A DNA stretch of 64,000 nucleotides from a virus: positions 374 through 64,373 of IMG/VR virus record IMGVR_UViG_3300030390_000232, one strand, 5' to 3'. The position numbers and the translations under genes were made by a program. Below are positions 15,177 through 24,592 of the stretch, in pieces (position 1 is the first letter of the stretch; each line of letters begins with the position of its first letter). The notes beneath the pieces were generated by a model. The model did no database searches and had not been told where the DNA came from. It saw only the letters and a program-made list of their open reading frames with translations.

Positions 15177-18017
15177 ATGAATGCGAGTGAATTTTTAGAA
15201 AAGGTATTAGCGGAGGGGAACTTCTACTGTCTATTGGCTTTACGCAATGGTGGCAAACAGTGGGAAGACCGCAAACAGATATTCTTCAAAGATAAAGAAT
15301 CCTTGGTAGCCAGTGCTACCGACTACGATGCTGATGGGTGGGATACGTTCTACGCGCTAGGATCGTTTGCCGGTAAAGGCTCGCGCAGTGCAGACCTAGT
15401 AGAGAATGTGCAAGCGTTCTTTCTTGATCTGGACATAGGGGATGACGTTAAGAAGTACGCTACTAGGCCAGAAGCTATGGCCGCATTAAAGACTTTCTGT
15501 AAAGAAGTTTCTCTACCAAAACCTATTATAGTGGACTCTGGTTACGGCTTACACGTGTACTGGCCATTGTCTGAGCCTGTGCCTGTACGTAAGTGGCAAG
15601 TAGTTGCTGCTAAGTTCAAGGAGCTGGTATCAAGTATGGGGCTACGCGCTGATTCAGCGGTAACATCTGACGCAGCTAGAGTTCTACGTATACCATCCAT
15701 GCACAATTGGAAAGGCGATTCCAAGGTACAGGTAAACGTGTTGTGTGGTGGCGACTCTATATCAGTAGAAGACTTCGCCGAAGTAATCGGTATGGCGGAT
15801 ATTGTAGTACCCACCGAAGACGATGGGGCGATGAGCGCGTTTACCGAGGCTATGATACGTAACAACGAGAATAGCTTTAAAGATATAATGAAGAAGACCA
15901 TTGCTGGCAGAGGTTGCGAGCAGCTAAAGATAATTGCTACCGACCAAGACAGCACTAGCGAACCTATGTGGCGAGCAGGATTGTCTATCGCTAAGTTCTG
16001 CAACGATGGCGAGACGGCAGCACACAAAATATCTAAAGGTCACGAGGGTTATAGTCCAGACCTAACACAGGCCAAGTTCGACCTAATTAAAGGGCCGTAC
16101 ACTTGTACTACGTTCGACGAGAACAACGAGGGCGTATGCCCTGACTGTCCCAACTGGGGCAAGATAAAATCACCAGTGACACTAGGTAGGAAGTTCAAAG
16201 AAGCCACAGAAGAAGAGGTGGTGTACGAACCGTCAACAGAATTACCCAATGCGCCGGTACTAGAATACGTCATACCGACATACCCTAAACCTTACTTCCG
16301 TGGGGCTAATGGTGGTGTTTACATGCGCCTTAAAAACGCTGACGGAGATACGGATGAAAAAACTATATACCACAACGACCTGTACGTTGTTCGCAGGTTA
16401 AAGGATGTAGAGTTAGGTGAGGCCATCGTAATGCGCTTGCACCTACCTATGGATGGGGTATCAGAATTTACCGTGCCGCTCACTTCGGTGACGTCAAGAG
16501 AAGAGTTTAGAAAACAAATGTCTATGCGAGGAGTCGCAGTAACCAAGGTGGAGGAACTCATGCAATACACAACTACGTGGATAAACGAGCTACAGGCTAC
16601 GAGTGCAGCCGATGAAGCTCACAAACAGTTTGGCTGGACAGATAAGAAGATGGATAAGTTTATCTTGGGTAACCAAGAGATACACGCCGACAAGGTGAAG
16701 TTTAACCCGCCATCATCGCAGACCGCAGGGTTGTTCCCAGCGTTTGAGCCTAAAGGCGATCTACAGGGCTGGATAGATACGATCAACTTCTATAACCGCG
16801 ATGGTATGGAGTTACACCAATACATAGTAGGTACGGGGTTCGGCTCTGTACTCATGCCGTTCTCGTCGCTGCACTGCGCCGCTATGCACATACACAGTAA
16901 AGATTCTGGGCTAGGTAAGACGACTGCTATGATTGCGGGGGCATCTATATGGGGTAACCCAGAAGACCTGATAGTCCAAGAGCGGGACACTTACGCTACC
17001 AAAATGAATAGGGGGGAGATGTACCATAACTTACCCTTATACATGGACGAGCTAACTAACTCACACGGTGCAGAGTTGTCAGACCTAGCGTATCAATTAA
17101 CGTCGGGTAGGCAACGTGGGCGTATGACTAGTGGAGCTAACCAAGAACGCCACAGGGGTGATGCTTGGCAGTTACTATCAGTTACCACAGGCAACACTAG
17201 CCTTATCGAGCGTATTAGTATGATAAAGAATATGCCGAAAGCTGAGGCACAAAGGGTACTCGAATGTCACGTTAAGAAAGTACACTTTAGCACCAAGGAA
17301 GAAACAGATGTATTTAGTAAGGCGTTAACAGAGAACTACGGGTGGGCGGGCGTACCATTCGTACAGTACGTAATGAACAATGTGGAAGAAGTACGACAGA
17401 TATGCGCGGACATGCAGGCTCGTGTCGATAGGTTAGCAGGGCTGACAGCGGAAAACCGATTCTGGTCGGTACATGCCGCTATGACTCTAGCAGGGCTACA
17501 TATATCAAATAACTTAAAGCTGACCAGCTTCGACCTACCATCGGTGGAGAAGTGGATAATAGGGCAGCTACGATTAAACAAAGCTACGGTAGAAGATATG
17601 TCTGTATCTATAGAGCAAATGTTGAACGATTACATGAGCGAGCACTTCAACAGCATGATTTGGATTAAGAGTACTGCCAGATCAGGTGGAGAACAAAACA
17701 ATGGGTTAGATTCTCTAGTCATCCCTGACATGATGCCACGTGCTAACAAGTTGGTTGGTAGGTACGAGACTGACTTGAAGCGGGCGTACCTGTTACCTAA
17801 GCCGTTAAAGGAATGGTGCGGTAAGCAACAAATAAACTACACGCAGTTAGTGCAAGACTTGAAAGACAAGCTAGGCGCTAAGAAGAAAAAGGTACGCATC
17901 ACGAAAGGTACGCAGATGCAGCTACCACCGGCAGATTGTATTGTTGTCGATTGTGACGCTAATGTACCTGAAGAGGTTATGCTCAGTGAACTACATCCTG
18001 CGAACGTACGATCTTAA
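15177..18017 (+). CDS. primase-helicase (AEP/RepB-type primase, PriCT-2, DUF927-like helicase)
   Basis: FLDLD, DSGYGLHVYW, EPMWRAGLS, Cys cluster, Walker A SGLGKTT, Walker B LYMDE. Confidence 0.85.
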   Translation: MNASEFLEKVLAEGNFYCLLALRNGGKQWEDRKQIFFKDKESLVASATDYDADGWDTFYALGSFAGKGSRSADLVENVQAFFLDLDIGDDVKKYATRPEAMAALKTFCKEVSLPKPIIVDSGYGLHVYWPLSEPVPVRKWQVVAAKFKELVSSMGLRADSAVTSDAARVLRIPSMHNWKGDSKVQVNVLCGGDSISVEDFAEVIGMADIVVPTEDDGAMSAFTEAMIRNNENSFKDIMKKTIAGRGCEQLKIIATDQDSTSEPMWRAGLSIAKFCNDGETAAHKISKGHEGYSPDLTQAKFDLIKGPYTCTTFDENNEGVCPDCPNWGKIKSPVTLGRKFKEATEEEVVYEPSTELPNAPVLEYVIPTYPKPYFRGANGGVYMRLKNADGDTDEKTIYHNDLYVVRRLKDVELGEAIVMRLHLPMDGVSEFTVPLTSVTSREEFRKQMSMRGVAVTKVEELMQYTTTWINELQATSAADEAHKQFGWTDKKMDKFILGNQEIHADKVKFNPPSSQTAGLFPAFEPKGDLQGWIDTINFYNRDGMELHQYIVGTGFGSVLMPFSSLHCAAMHIHSKDSGLGKTTAMIAGASIWGNPEDLIVQERDTYATKMNRGEMYHNLPLYMDELTNSHGAELSDLAYQLTSGRQRGRMTSGANQERHRGDAWQLLSVTTGNTSLIERISMIKNMPKAEAQRVLECHVKKVHFSTKEETDVFSKALTENYGWAGVPFVQYVMNNVEEVRQICADMQARVDRLAGLTAENRFWSVHAAMTLAGLHISNNLKLTSFDLPSVEKWIIGQLRLNKATVEDMSVSIEQMLNDYMSEHFNSMIWIKSTARSGGEQNNGLDSLVIPDMMPRANKLVGRYETDLKRAYLLPKPLKEWCGKQQINYTQLVQDLKDKLGAKKKKVRITKGTQMQLPPADCIVVDCDANVPEEVMLSELHPANVRS

Positions 18018-18210
18018 CCCTGACGGGGTAAAGGTGGAGATAAACTGGGATGCCTTTGTAGTAGGGTCATCCTTTTTTATCCCCTGTATAAATACTACCC
18101 TAGCCAAACGCCAACTAACTACAATAACTGACAATAGCTCACAACAAGTTACAACCAAAATTAGGGTAGAAAACGGGCGTTTAGGGGTACGAATTTGGCG
18201 GACTTTATGA
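17986..18210 (+). CDS. hypothetical protein
   Basis: GTG start with GAGG SD; YDLNPDG..INWDAFVVGSSFFIPC. Confidence 0.6.
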   Translation: MNYILRTYDLNPDGVKVEINWDAFVVGSSFFIPCINTTLAKRQLTTITDNSSQQVTTKIRVENGRLGVRIWRTL

Positions 18211-18227
18211 TACATTGGCGGTGATTT

Positions 18228-18267
18228 TGGTGTTCATTGGTGTTCACTGGCGTTCACTGGCGTCCAG
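18228..18267. repeat. 4 x 10-bp tandem repeat (TGGYGTYCAN)
   Basis: TGGTGTTCAT TGGTGTTCAC TGGCGTTCAC TGGCGTCCAG. Confidence 0.8.
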
Positions 18268-18288
18268 AATCATTCTCCTAGAAGTGTG

Positions 18289-18331
18289 CTACGTTACACT
18301 AGTCCCCCTCCACTGGTGTAACGTAGTTTTT
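18289..18331. terminator. terminator hairpin at the convergence of early and late arms
   Basis: About 15-bp stem CTACGTTACACTAGT/ACTGGTGTAACGTAG followed by TTTTT on +. Confidence 0.75.
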
Positions 18332-21300
18332 AAAACAACTGCCAACCTTTATCCCACTCGTTCTGCTGCATTCGTAGCCCAATTTCTAATGAAGGGTTTA
18401 AAGTTACCCCGTTGTGCATTTTGCCCGACTGCTTCATATGCTGGCTCATAGACTTGTCGATAGTCTCGGGGCTGATGTACACCTTAGAACCGTACGTAGG
18501 GCCGTGGCGTTTATTGAACGCAGTTATATCTCTAACCACATCTGCACGCCCCTCCCAATCACCACTGCGGCTGGCTATATAATACTTTTTAAGTAGGGCG
18601 GAACGTTTCTCGCCTATACTACGTTCAATGCCTTTACTCATCATGTTTTGTTCTTGCTTAAACGCGTAGTCACGAGGGGCAAAGCCTAGTACCTGTCCAG
18701 TAAGCTCTCCCGCGCTAAAGTCATCGTATATAACGTCGCCCCTACGTGTTTTCGCACCCTCGCGGTTGTATCTAACAAGACCTCTCCAACCATTACGGAA
18801 TGCCGCAGGGACAAGTCCTTCAGCGCCACGCTCTATGTTACCCCGATTAAAGTCTTCAAGGCCGCGTTTTACTCCTGATAACGTGCTCCATGCAGGGCCA
18901 CCAAGGTAAAAGAATATATCTTCTTCTACTGAAGCATCTGGGTTATAGCGGTTAGTCTGGAACAACAACTGCCCAAGAGAAACACGTTTAGACACGTCCG
19001 CAGCTGAGTACTTAGTGACCGCACCTTTGTACCAACCCTCGCCTATGTTCCTACGTACGTACGAATCCCAATCTTCCTCTTCGTCATCCATAAACATGTT
19101 AGCTACTAGTTTAATTGCACCGTATATCGGTATGCCCTGAACACCTGCAAAGAACAACGAGGTAAGATGCACGCCAGCCAACTGCTTCATTGCTATCTTC
19201 CGTTCTTCTTTGGTGTAGCTATTGTCCCTGTCTAGTGCAACTTTAAAAGACTTAAACATGTTGTAGTACATCTGTATACCAAAGTTCTTATACATCAACG
19301 CAACACTACCAAGGTCAGTCTGCGCTAGTCTAGCGCCTGTCTCTTTTACTGAGCCTCCATTAAGTTCCTGCGTTTTAGTCAGTGACTTAGCCGCTAGGTC
19401 TTGCTTTTCCTCTACCGAAGCAGGTCTTCCTTTGTCCGTCTCTAACTTACGTAGCGCCAATAAGTAGGTGGTAGCTAACGTAATCTGTCGGTTATAGTTC
19501 TCCACATTATGGAAGCCCCACGCACCTAGCCTAGTCGCACTGTCCGTAATACCACGTTGTTGCCCCGACTGATCGACGTTAATCTCTGAGCCTATAACAG
19601 ACTGATCTAATTGGTTAGCGTCTGCCGCAGCCTGTACTAACGGCTGTATTGATTCCACCATCGCTTTAACTTCGGCATTGGGGAACTCTATGTCGTCACG
19701 GAGGTCGTACACATGCGAGTTAGTAGCTTTATCGTACCTAGCAATAAAGTAGTTCTCTAAGCTAGCTTTACCTTCAAACTCTATATCTTCTGTAACGTCA
19801 TCTTTACGGTTGATTCTACGCTTTAGAGACTTAGCTAACTTCTTACCGTCTTTAGTTGACACCCCAAACAGCGAACTACTCGCAGTAATAAGTTTACCTG
19901 CGTCTTTTAAAGCCCTGCCTGTGCTACCCATACCATACTCTGCACTCAGGTAAGGCATAATAAACAGCGGTATCTGAGACATGTTGACAATAGCAGACGA
20001 GGCGTTAAACCCTATGGTGTACATAAACGCAAGGCGGTTAACTGCTTGCGCTTGCGTTTGGTACTCAGTCTTAGGGTTTCTAGCGTAGTTAGCACGCAGG
20101 TTAAGCTGGTTCACGATGTCGTTAAACGCGTTTACCTTACCCTTACGTTTAGGGTCTTCCTGCATGGTCGATTCTTCTAGCTTAGCGAACTCGTTTATTT
20201 CACCTTGTATAGCCGATAGGTTAGAGGCGTTACTTAGGCGAGCAATTTGTCTGCCTATGTCGTACGCTTTCCTATTAAAGGTATACAGGGCATCGGGTAT
20301 GTAACCCTCAATGTTCTTACGTTTACGGATAGTCTTAGCGAAAGCTGATTCTGGTAGGGAATCTATGTACAGCTCAAGTATGTTCGAGGATACTTCTTTG
20401 TCTACCCCAGCCGCATCTAACTGTACAAGTATAGTGTTAACGAAAGACGTAGGAGGCACTACAGCCCCACCACTAATAGACTTCTTACCTGTTTCATAGG
20501 TATATACCTTACCCTTAATTACTTCAGGGTCGTTTTCTACTTCTACCATTCTACGTTTCATGGCTCTTCTAGTAGTAAACATCTCTACCTGTGTCTGGTC
20601 TTCGTCACTCTCTCTGTCAGTCTTTAGCTGGTACACTAGCTTATACTCACCCTCACGCAACAACGGGAAGTAAACCGACAACTCAGTCTTCTCGAATAGT
20701 CGTTTGGTCAGCAAGTTCTTTACTTGCGTCGCCGATTTCGCATCGGTACTAGCTTTATCTATGTCACCGAAGATAGCTTCTTTTAGTCTAGCGAATTGGT
20801 TTCTATAAGCCTGACGCATGTCGTTGTAAACTTTCTGCCCATCTGGGCCAAGAGCGTCCCACTCTTTCTTTAGCCGGTTAAACTCGATAAGGTCGTCACC
20901 TGTATAGTCACTCGCTTTCTTTTCAGCAACATCAATCTGCTTAGTCGTGGAGCTGTACACTACATCGTTGAAGCGCGTTATCGTGGCGTCGTCTTGTTTA
21001 TCCGCCCACTTAGCAAACTCGCCTTTTATTACGTTAAGGTCGTTATCCGACTCTCTTATGTCCGCACGTTGTTTTAAGAAAGCATCGTTTAATGACTTGG
21101 CCATCTTACCTAGTTTAGCGTTAGCACTGGTGGCTATATCTACCATAGCTAGCATGGGGGCAAGTTCTAGCAATGCGCCTCCCAACTTACGGGGAGAACC
21201 CGTAACAAAATCTACAGCACTGTCTCCAAACTTGGAACCATCTGCCTTAGTCATAGGCTTAAAGGCTTTCTGTATCTTACCTAGGTTACCCATTGTCGCC

Positions 21301-24300
21301 TGCACGCCTTCTTTAGTAGACATGTGCGCGAGAGTTACTCCAGTGCCAGAATTTTTGGAGGGTTGTAGTATCTGTAAGATAAGGGCATCAGTTGTATTTA
21401 AAGCGTTTTCGCTGTCACTTAACTTGCCTCTATATATAGCGCTAGTAGACCGCCCAAGAATACTATCTAAAAGTCTTTTTACTGCATTAGCAAAACGTTG
21501 CCACGCGCTAAGCGTTAAGTCTTTCTTAGTGTATATCTTAGACAGGTCACTCTGGAAACTCGGGTTGCTAAATGCCTCGGCTACAAACTCAAGTAGGCTT
21601 TCACTGCCGTAAGCTGTAGGTAGTTTGTCCTTAACTTCTTTATACAACGCCTCCAATTGCTTAATCGCTGGACTACCTTTCTTGTTTATAATTGCTTCGT
21701 ATGTTGCAGCGTGGGTCATTTCATGGAGCAACGTATGGACAGTAAGTCCCTCTGGGTCAAGAATAATAGTGTTGTCTATTCCCCCAAACGAGTCAGTATT
21801 TACAAACAGCCCTAAAGTTTTAGCGCCTTCGCCATACCTTTCAACGTCTACTTTTTGTCTGGCTTTGAATGCCTTGTATAAGTTGTTCCTAACGCGGCCA
21901 TCTGCAACAAATACTTTAGTGTCCCCTATGTTCTCGGCTAACTTTTTGGCAGTTTGCCTTACTCGCGGGGTCACTTTAGGTAGCGCCGTTATTTTTTCCA
22001 ATGCTTCTTTTAACTTGCCCGACCTAAGTAGCGTAAGTATCTCAGGACTCAAGTCTATGCCAAGCGCTTCGATGTCTTTACCTATATAAGGAAGGCCGTC
22101 TATGTTTAGGTCTATACCTAACTCAGCCGCAGCAACATCGTTTATCGCATCGTAGACTTCTATTTCTTCTAGCGTCTCTACTACTTCATCTACTTCTTTT
22201 TGCGCCTTACTTTTCTTAGGCTTAGGAGGTAGGGTAGCAAACTTCTTAAAGCCTTCAGTAACACGCATGTAGTCTACGACTTTTTTCGCCGCTACGGTCT
22301 TCTGTTGCTTATCCTCGTCTACATCTTCGTTTAGCTGCTTGAGTAGCTGCTTCTCTGCTTTTTCAAACTGTGCTTGGTCAAGCACTTCTTCTTGCGCTTC
22401 TTGTTGCTCTAGCTTACGTTTACGGTTTCTCCTCCGTTCCTTGAGGTCTGCATCTACTAACAGTTTATCAACAGGAGGCTTTTCTTCTAACTCTTTCTTT
22501 TTCTCCGCTAGCTTCTTGTCGATAAACTTACCGACTTCTGGGGACATATTTTTCTTAGCCCACGCTAGCGTTTTCTCAGCCGAAGCTACATCTCTAGCCT
22601 CTCGTAACCCCGCAACAGTAGGGTCTAGGGCTTCTAGCTCTTCCCTTGCAGGTCTTGTAGTTTCTATCGCTACATCGTTTATAGCGTTCATAATCCCGTC
22701 TATGGGGTCAGGAACATCTTTTAAGTATTCCTGTACTACTTCAGGTAGCTTACGAGCGGGTGGTTTAGCAGCGGTACTTTTTTTCCTTCTGGTCTTAGCG
22801 ACCTTGCCTTTAGCAACTATATCTTTAACCGCCTGCCTATCGGCATCAGTGACAGGGTTCTGGCTGTCAGGCACTTCATCTCTGTAGCCAGTCTTACGGA
22901 TTTCTTCCATCCGCCCTGCGGCACCCATACGCTCACTAACAAGTTTAGGTGTGGTAGTAGTTGTGGCTAGCCCCGGGGCGGGTACGTTTCTACCCATACG
23001 AGGACGTGTTAGTGTAGCCTGTTTTGTTTTTGCTCCCACTGTAGTTCCGTAAGGGCTAAGATCAACACTTTCCAATCGTCCAGTTCTAGGTGTTGCAGTT
23101 CCGGCGGGCGCTTGAATGTTTTGTTTTTTGTCACCCACGCCTGCTGTATCACTCTGAACGCTAGCTCTATCTCTTGTTGTTCCAGTTGCATCTTGTGTGC
23201 CTCCTGTAGCTCTGGCCTGTATAGCTTCTCGCTCTTTCTTACTAGGGGAAGTAGATTTAAAGCCCGCCCCTGTTAGCGCCTTCCTAAACAACTGGCGCAA
23301 AGGTTTTTCGTCAACAACGGTAGGGTTATCTTCTATTACTTTCGCTAAGACATCTGCACGCTTAGGTTTTCCCTTAGTCTTTGGTGATACTTGTCCCTTC
23401 GCTTGGAACCGGATAGCGGCTTTAATTTTGGCGTTAGCTTCAGCAGGGATTTCTAATTTAGGCTTTGCTTTAGGCACTACTTCCGCTTCTGCCTCTGGCT
23501 CGCTAAACAGGTCACCTTGTACTGGCGCTGCTTTCGGAGCTTCTTCTTTCTTCTCTTCTTTAGTTTCTACTACTGGGGCTGTAGTTTCTGGTATGGGTGC
23601 GGCTTCGTCGTCGAACAGTTCGCCTTGGGCGGCAAGTATTTCTTCTTCGCTAAATTCTCCTTCGACAGCTTCATCTTGTACGTCCGTCTCTGGCTCTGGA
23701 CTTGTCTCATCACGTTGTGACGTAGCACCTCTTCTTCTCCCCGGGAGTACATCTATAAATAGTTGGAAGATAGCACCTGTAGCTCCACCATATCCGGCAG
23801 ACGCAGCGGCACCTTCAGTAAGTTCTCTGTCTGGGTTGTAGCCTTGTTCGACTAAGTTTTGCGCGGTGTTCTGGGCAAGTTCCTGTACAGCTTCTATACC
23901 ACCAGTGGTTGCGGCACTTCTAGCTCGGTCAAGTAGACCTTTGAGTTCTTTGTCGCCACCAAGCATTGTGTTTAACTTGTTGGCAGTAGGTTTACTAAAT
24001 TTGCCGACAGCTTTTAGGTAGGGGATGGTTTCTAGTAAACCCGCACCAAGGATCATCGGGTTAGTTATTGCGCGGTTACGTTGTTCTTGTGTGGCACCTG
24101 CGGCACGGGCACGTTCACTCGCTTCACCTACTTGGGTTCCAACACCTGCGGCGGTACCTGCTGCAATAGCACCTCTAGCTCCACCAACTGCCCCGCCTGC
24201 TAACGTAGCTGCACCTGTACCAAGAATAGAGCCAAGCCCTGAACCTAAGTTATAGGCTTTAGAGTCTTTATCTCCACCTTCGGGGGTAAACTTATCCGCT

Positions 24301-24578
24301 ACGGACTGTATCTTCTCACGGGCTTTAAGCTCGGCCTCTTCATCCAGCATGGTAGCTGCGCCGAGGGCAGCGGATTCAATAACCCCAACAGCACCTGAGC
24401 CGATACCTTTTAGGGTATTACCAATAACGCCGGACTTCTCAGGTATAGGTTCAAACTTCTTAGGGGGACTAACACCCATCCCCTTATACAGAATAGTTTG
24501 TAACCGATCTGCGGCTTCAACATTGCCCGCAAGTTTAGCGTTTTCGTACGCCTTATGTACTTGTTCTAGTGAAGCCAT
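18330..24578 (-). CDS. large internal virion / DNA ejection protein (2082 aa) with a zincin-like HExxH domain
   Basis: TLLHEMTHAAT motif; glycine-rich hydrophobic N-region; last gene of the late operon. Confidence 0.7.
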   Translation of the reverse strand: MASLEQVHKAYENAKLAGNVEAADRLQTILYKGMGVSPPKKFEPIPEKSGVIGNTLKGIGSGAVGVIESAALGAATMLDEEAELKAREKIQSVADKFTPEGGDKDSKAYNLGSGLGSILGTGAATLAGGAVGGARGAIAAGTAAGVGTQVGEASERARAAGATQEQRNRAITNPMILGAGLLETIPYLKAVGKFSKPTANKLNTMLGGDKELKGLLDRARSAATTGGIEAVQELAQNTAQNLVEQGYNPDRELTEGAAASAGYGGATGAIFQLFIDVLPGRRRGATSQRDETSPEPETDVQDEAVEGEFSEEEILAAQGELFDDEAAPIPETTAPVVETKEEKKEEAPKAAPVQGDLFSEPEAEAEVVPKAKPKLEIPAEANAKIKAAIRFQAKGQVSPKTKGKPKRADVLAKVIEDNPTVVDEKPLRQLFRKALTGAGFKSTSPSKKEREAIQARATGGTQDATGTTRDRASVQSDTAGVGDKKQNIQAPAGTATPRTGRLESVDLSPYGTTVGAKTKQATLTRPRMGRNVPAPGLATTTTTPKLVSERMGAAGRMEEIRKTGYRDEVPDSQNPVTDADRQAVKDIVAKGKVAKTRRKKSTAAKPPARKLPEVVQEYLKDVPDPIDGIMNAINDVAIETTRPAREELEALDPTVAGLREARDVASAEKTLAWAKKNMSPEVGKFIDKKLAEKKKELEEKPPVDKLLVDADLKERRRNRKRKLEQQEAQEEVLDQAQFEKAEKQLLKQLNEDVDEDKQQKTVAAKKVVDYMRVTEGFKKFATLPPKPKKSKAQKEVDEVVETLEEIEVYDAINDVAAAELGIDLNIDGLPYIGKDIEALGIDLSPEILTLLRSGKLKEALEKITALPKVTPRVRQTAKKLAENIGDTKVFVADGRVRNNLYKAFKARQKVDVERYGEGAKTLGLFVNTDSFGGIDNTIILDPEGLTVHTLLHEMTHAATYEAIINKKGSPAIKQLEALYKEVKDKLPTAYGSESLLEFVAEAFSNPSFQSDLSKIYTKKDLTLSAWQRFANAVKRLLDSILGRSTSAIYRGKLSDSENALNTTDALILQILQPSKNSGTGVTLAHMSTKEGVQATMGNLGKIQKAFKPMTKADGSKFGDSAVDFVTGSPRKLGGALLELAPMLAMVDIATSANAKLGKMAKSLNDAFLKQRADIRESDNDLNVIKGEFAKWADKQDDATITRFNDVVYSSTTKQIDVAEKKASDYTGDDLIEFNRLKKEWDALGPDGQKVYNDMRQAYRNQFARLKEAIFGDIDKASTDAKSATQVKNLLTKRLFEKTELSVYFPLLREGEYKLVYQLKTDRESDEDQTQVEMFTTRRAMKRRMVEVENDPEVIKGKVYTYETGKKSISGGAVVPPTSFVNTILVQLDAAGVDKEVSSNILELYIDSLPESAFAKTIRKRKNIEGYIPDALYTFNRKAYDIGRQIARLSNASNLSAIQGEINEFAKLEESTMQEDPKRKGKVNAFNDIVNQLNLRANYARNPKTEYQTQAQAVNRLAFMYTIGFNASSAIVNMSQIPLFIMPYLSAEYGMGSTGRALKDAGKLITASSSLFGVSTKDGKKLAKSLKRRINRKDDVTEDIEFEGKASLENYFIARYDKATNSHVYDLRDDIEFPNAEVKAMVESIQPLVQAAADANQLDQSVIGSEINVDQSGQQRGITDSATRLGAWGFHNVENYNRQITLATTYLLALRKLETDKGRPASVEEKQDLAAKSLTKTQELNGGSVKETGARLAQTDLGSVALMYKNFGIQMYYNMFKSFKVALDRDNSYTKEERKIAMKQLAGVHLTSLFFAGVQGIPIYGAIKLVANMFMDDEEEDWDSYVRRNIGEGWYKGAVTKYSAADVSKRVSLGQLLFQTNRYNPDASVEEDIFFYLGGPAWSTLSGVKRGLEDFNRGNIERGAEGLVPAAFRNGWRGLVRYNREGAKTRRGDVIYDDFSAGELTGQVLGFAPRDYAFKQEQNMMSKGIERSIGEKRSALLKKYYIASRSGDWEGRADVVRDITAFNKRHGPTYGSKVYISPETIDKSMSQHMKQSGKMHNGVTLNPSLEIGLRMQQNEWDKGWQLF

Positions 24579-24592
24579 TGGGTACTAACCTG

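Noticed and set aside
14983-15180. tRNA or tmRNA in intergenic gaps
   Set aside because: No cloverleaf, T-loop (GTTCRA) or CCA pattern found; the hairpin at 15123 fits a terminator
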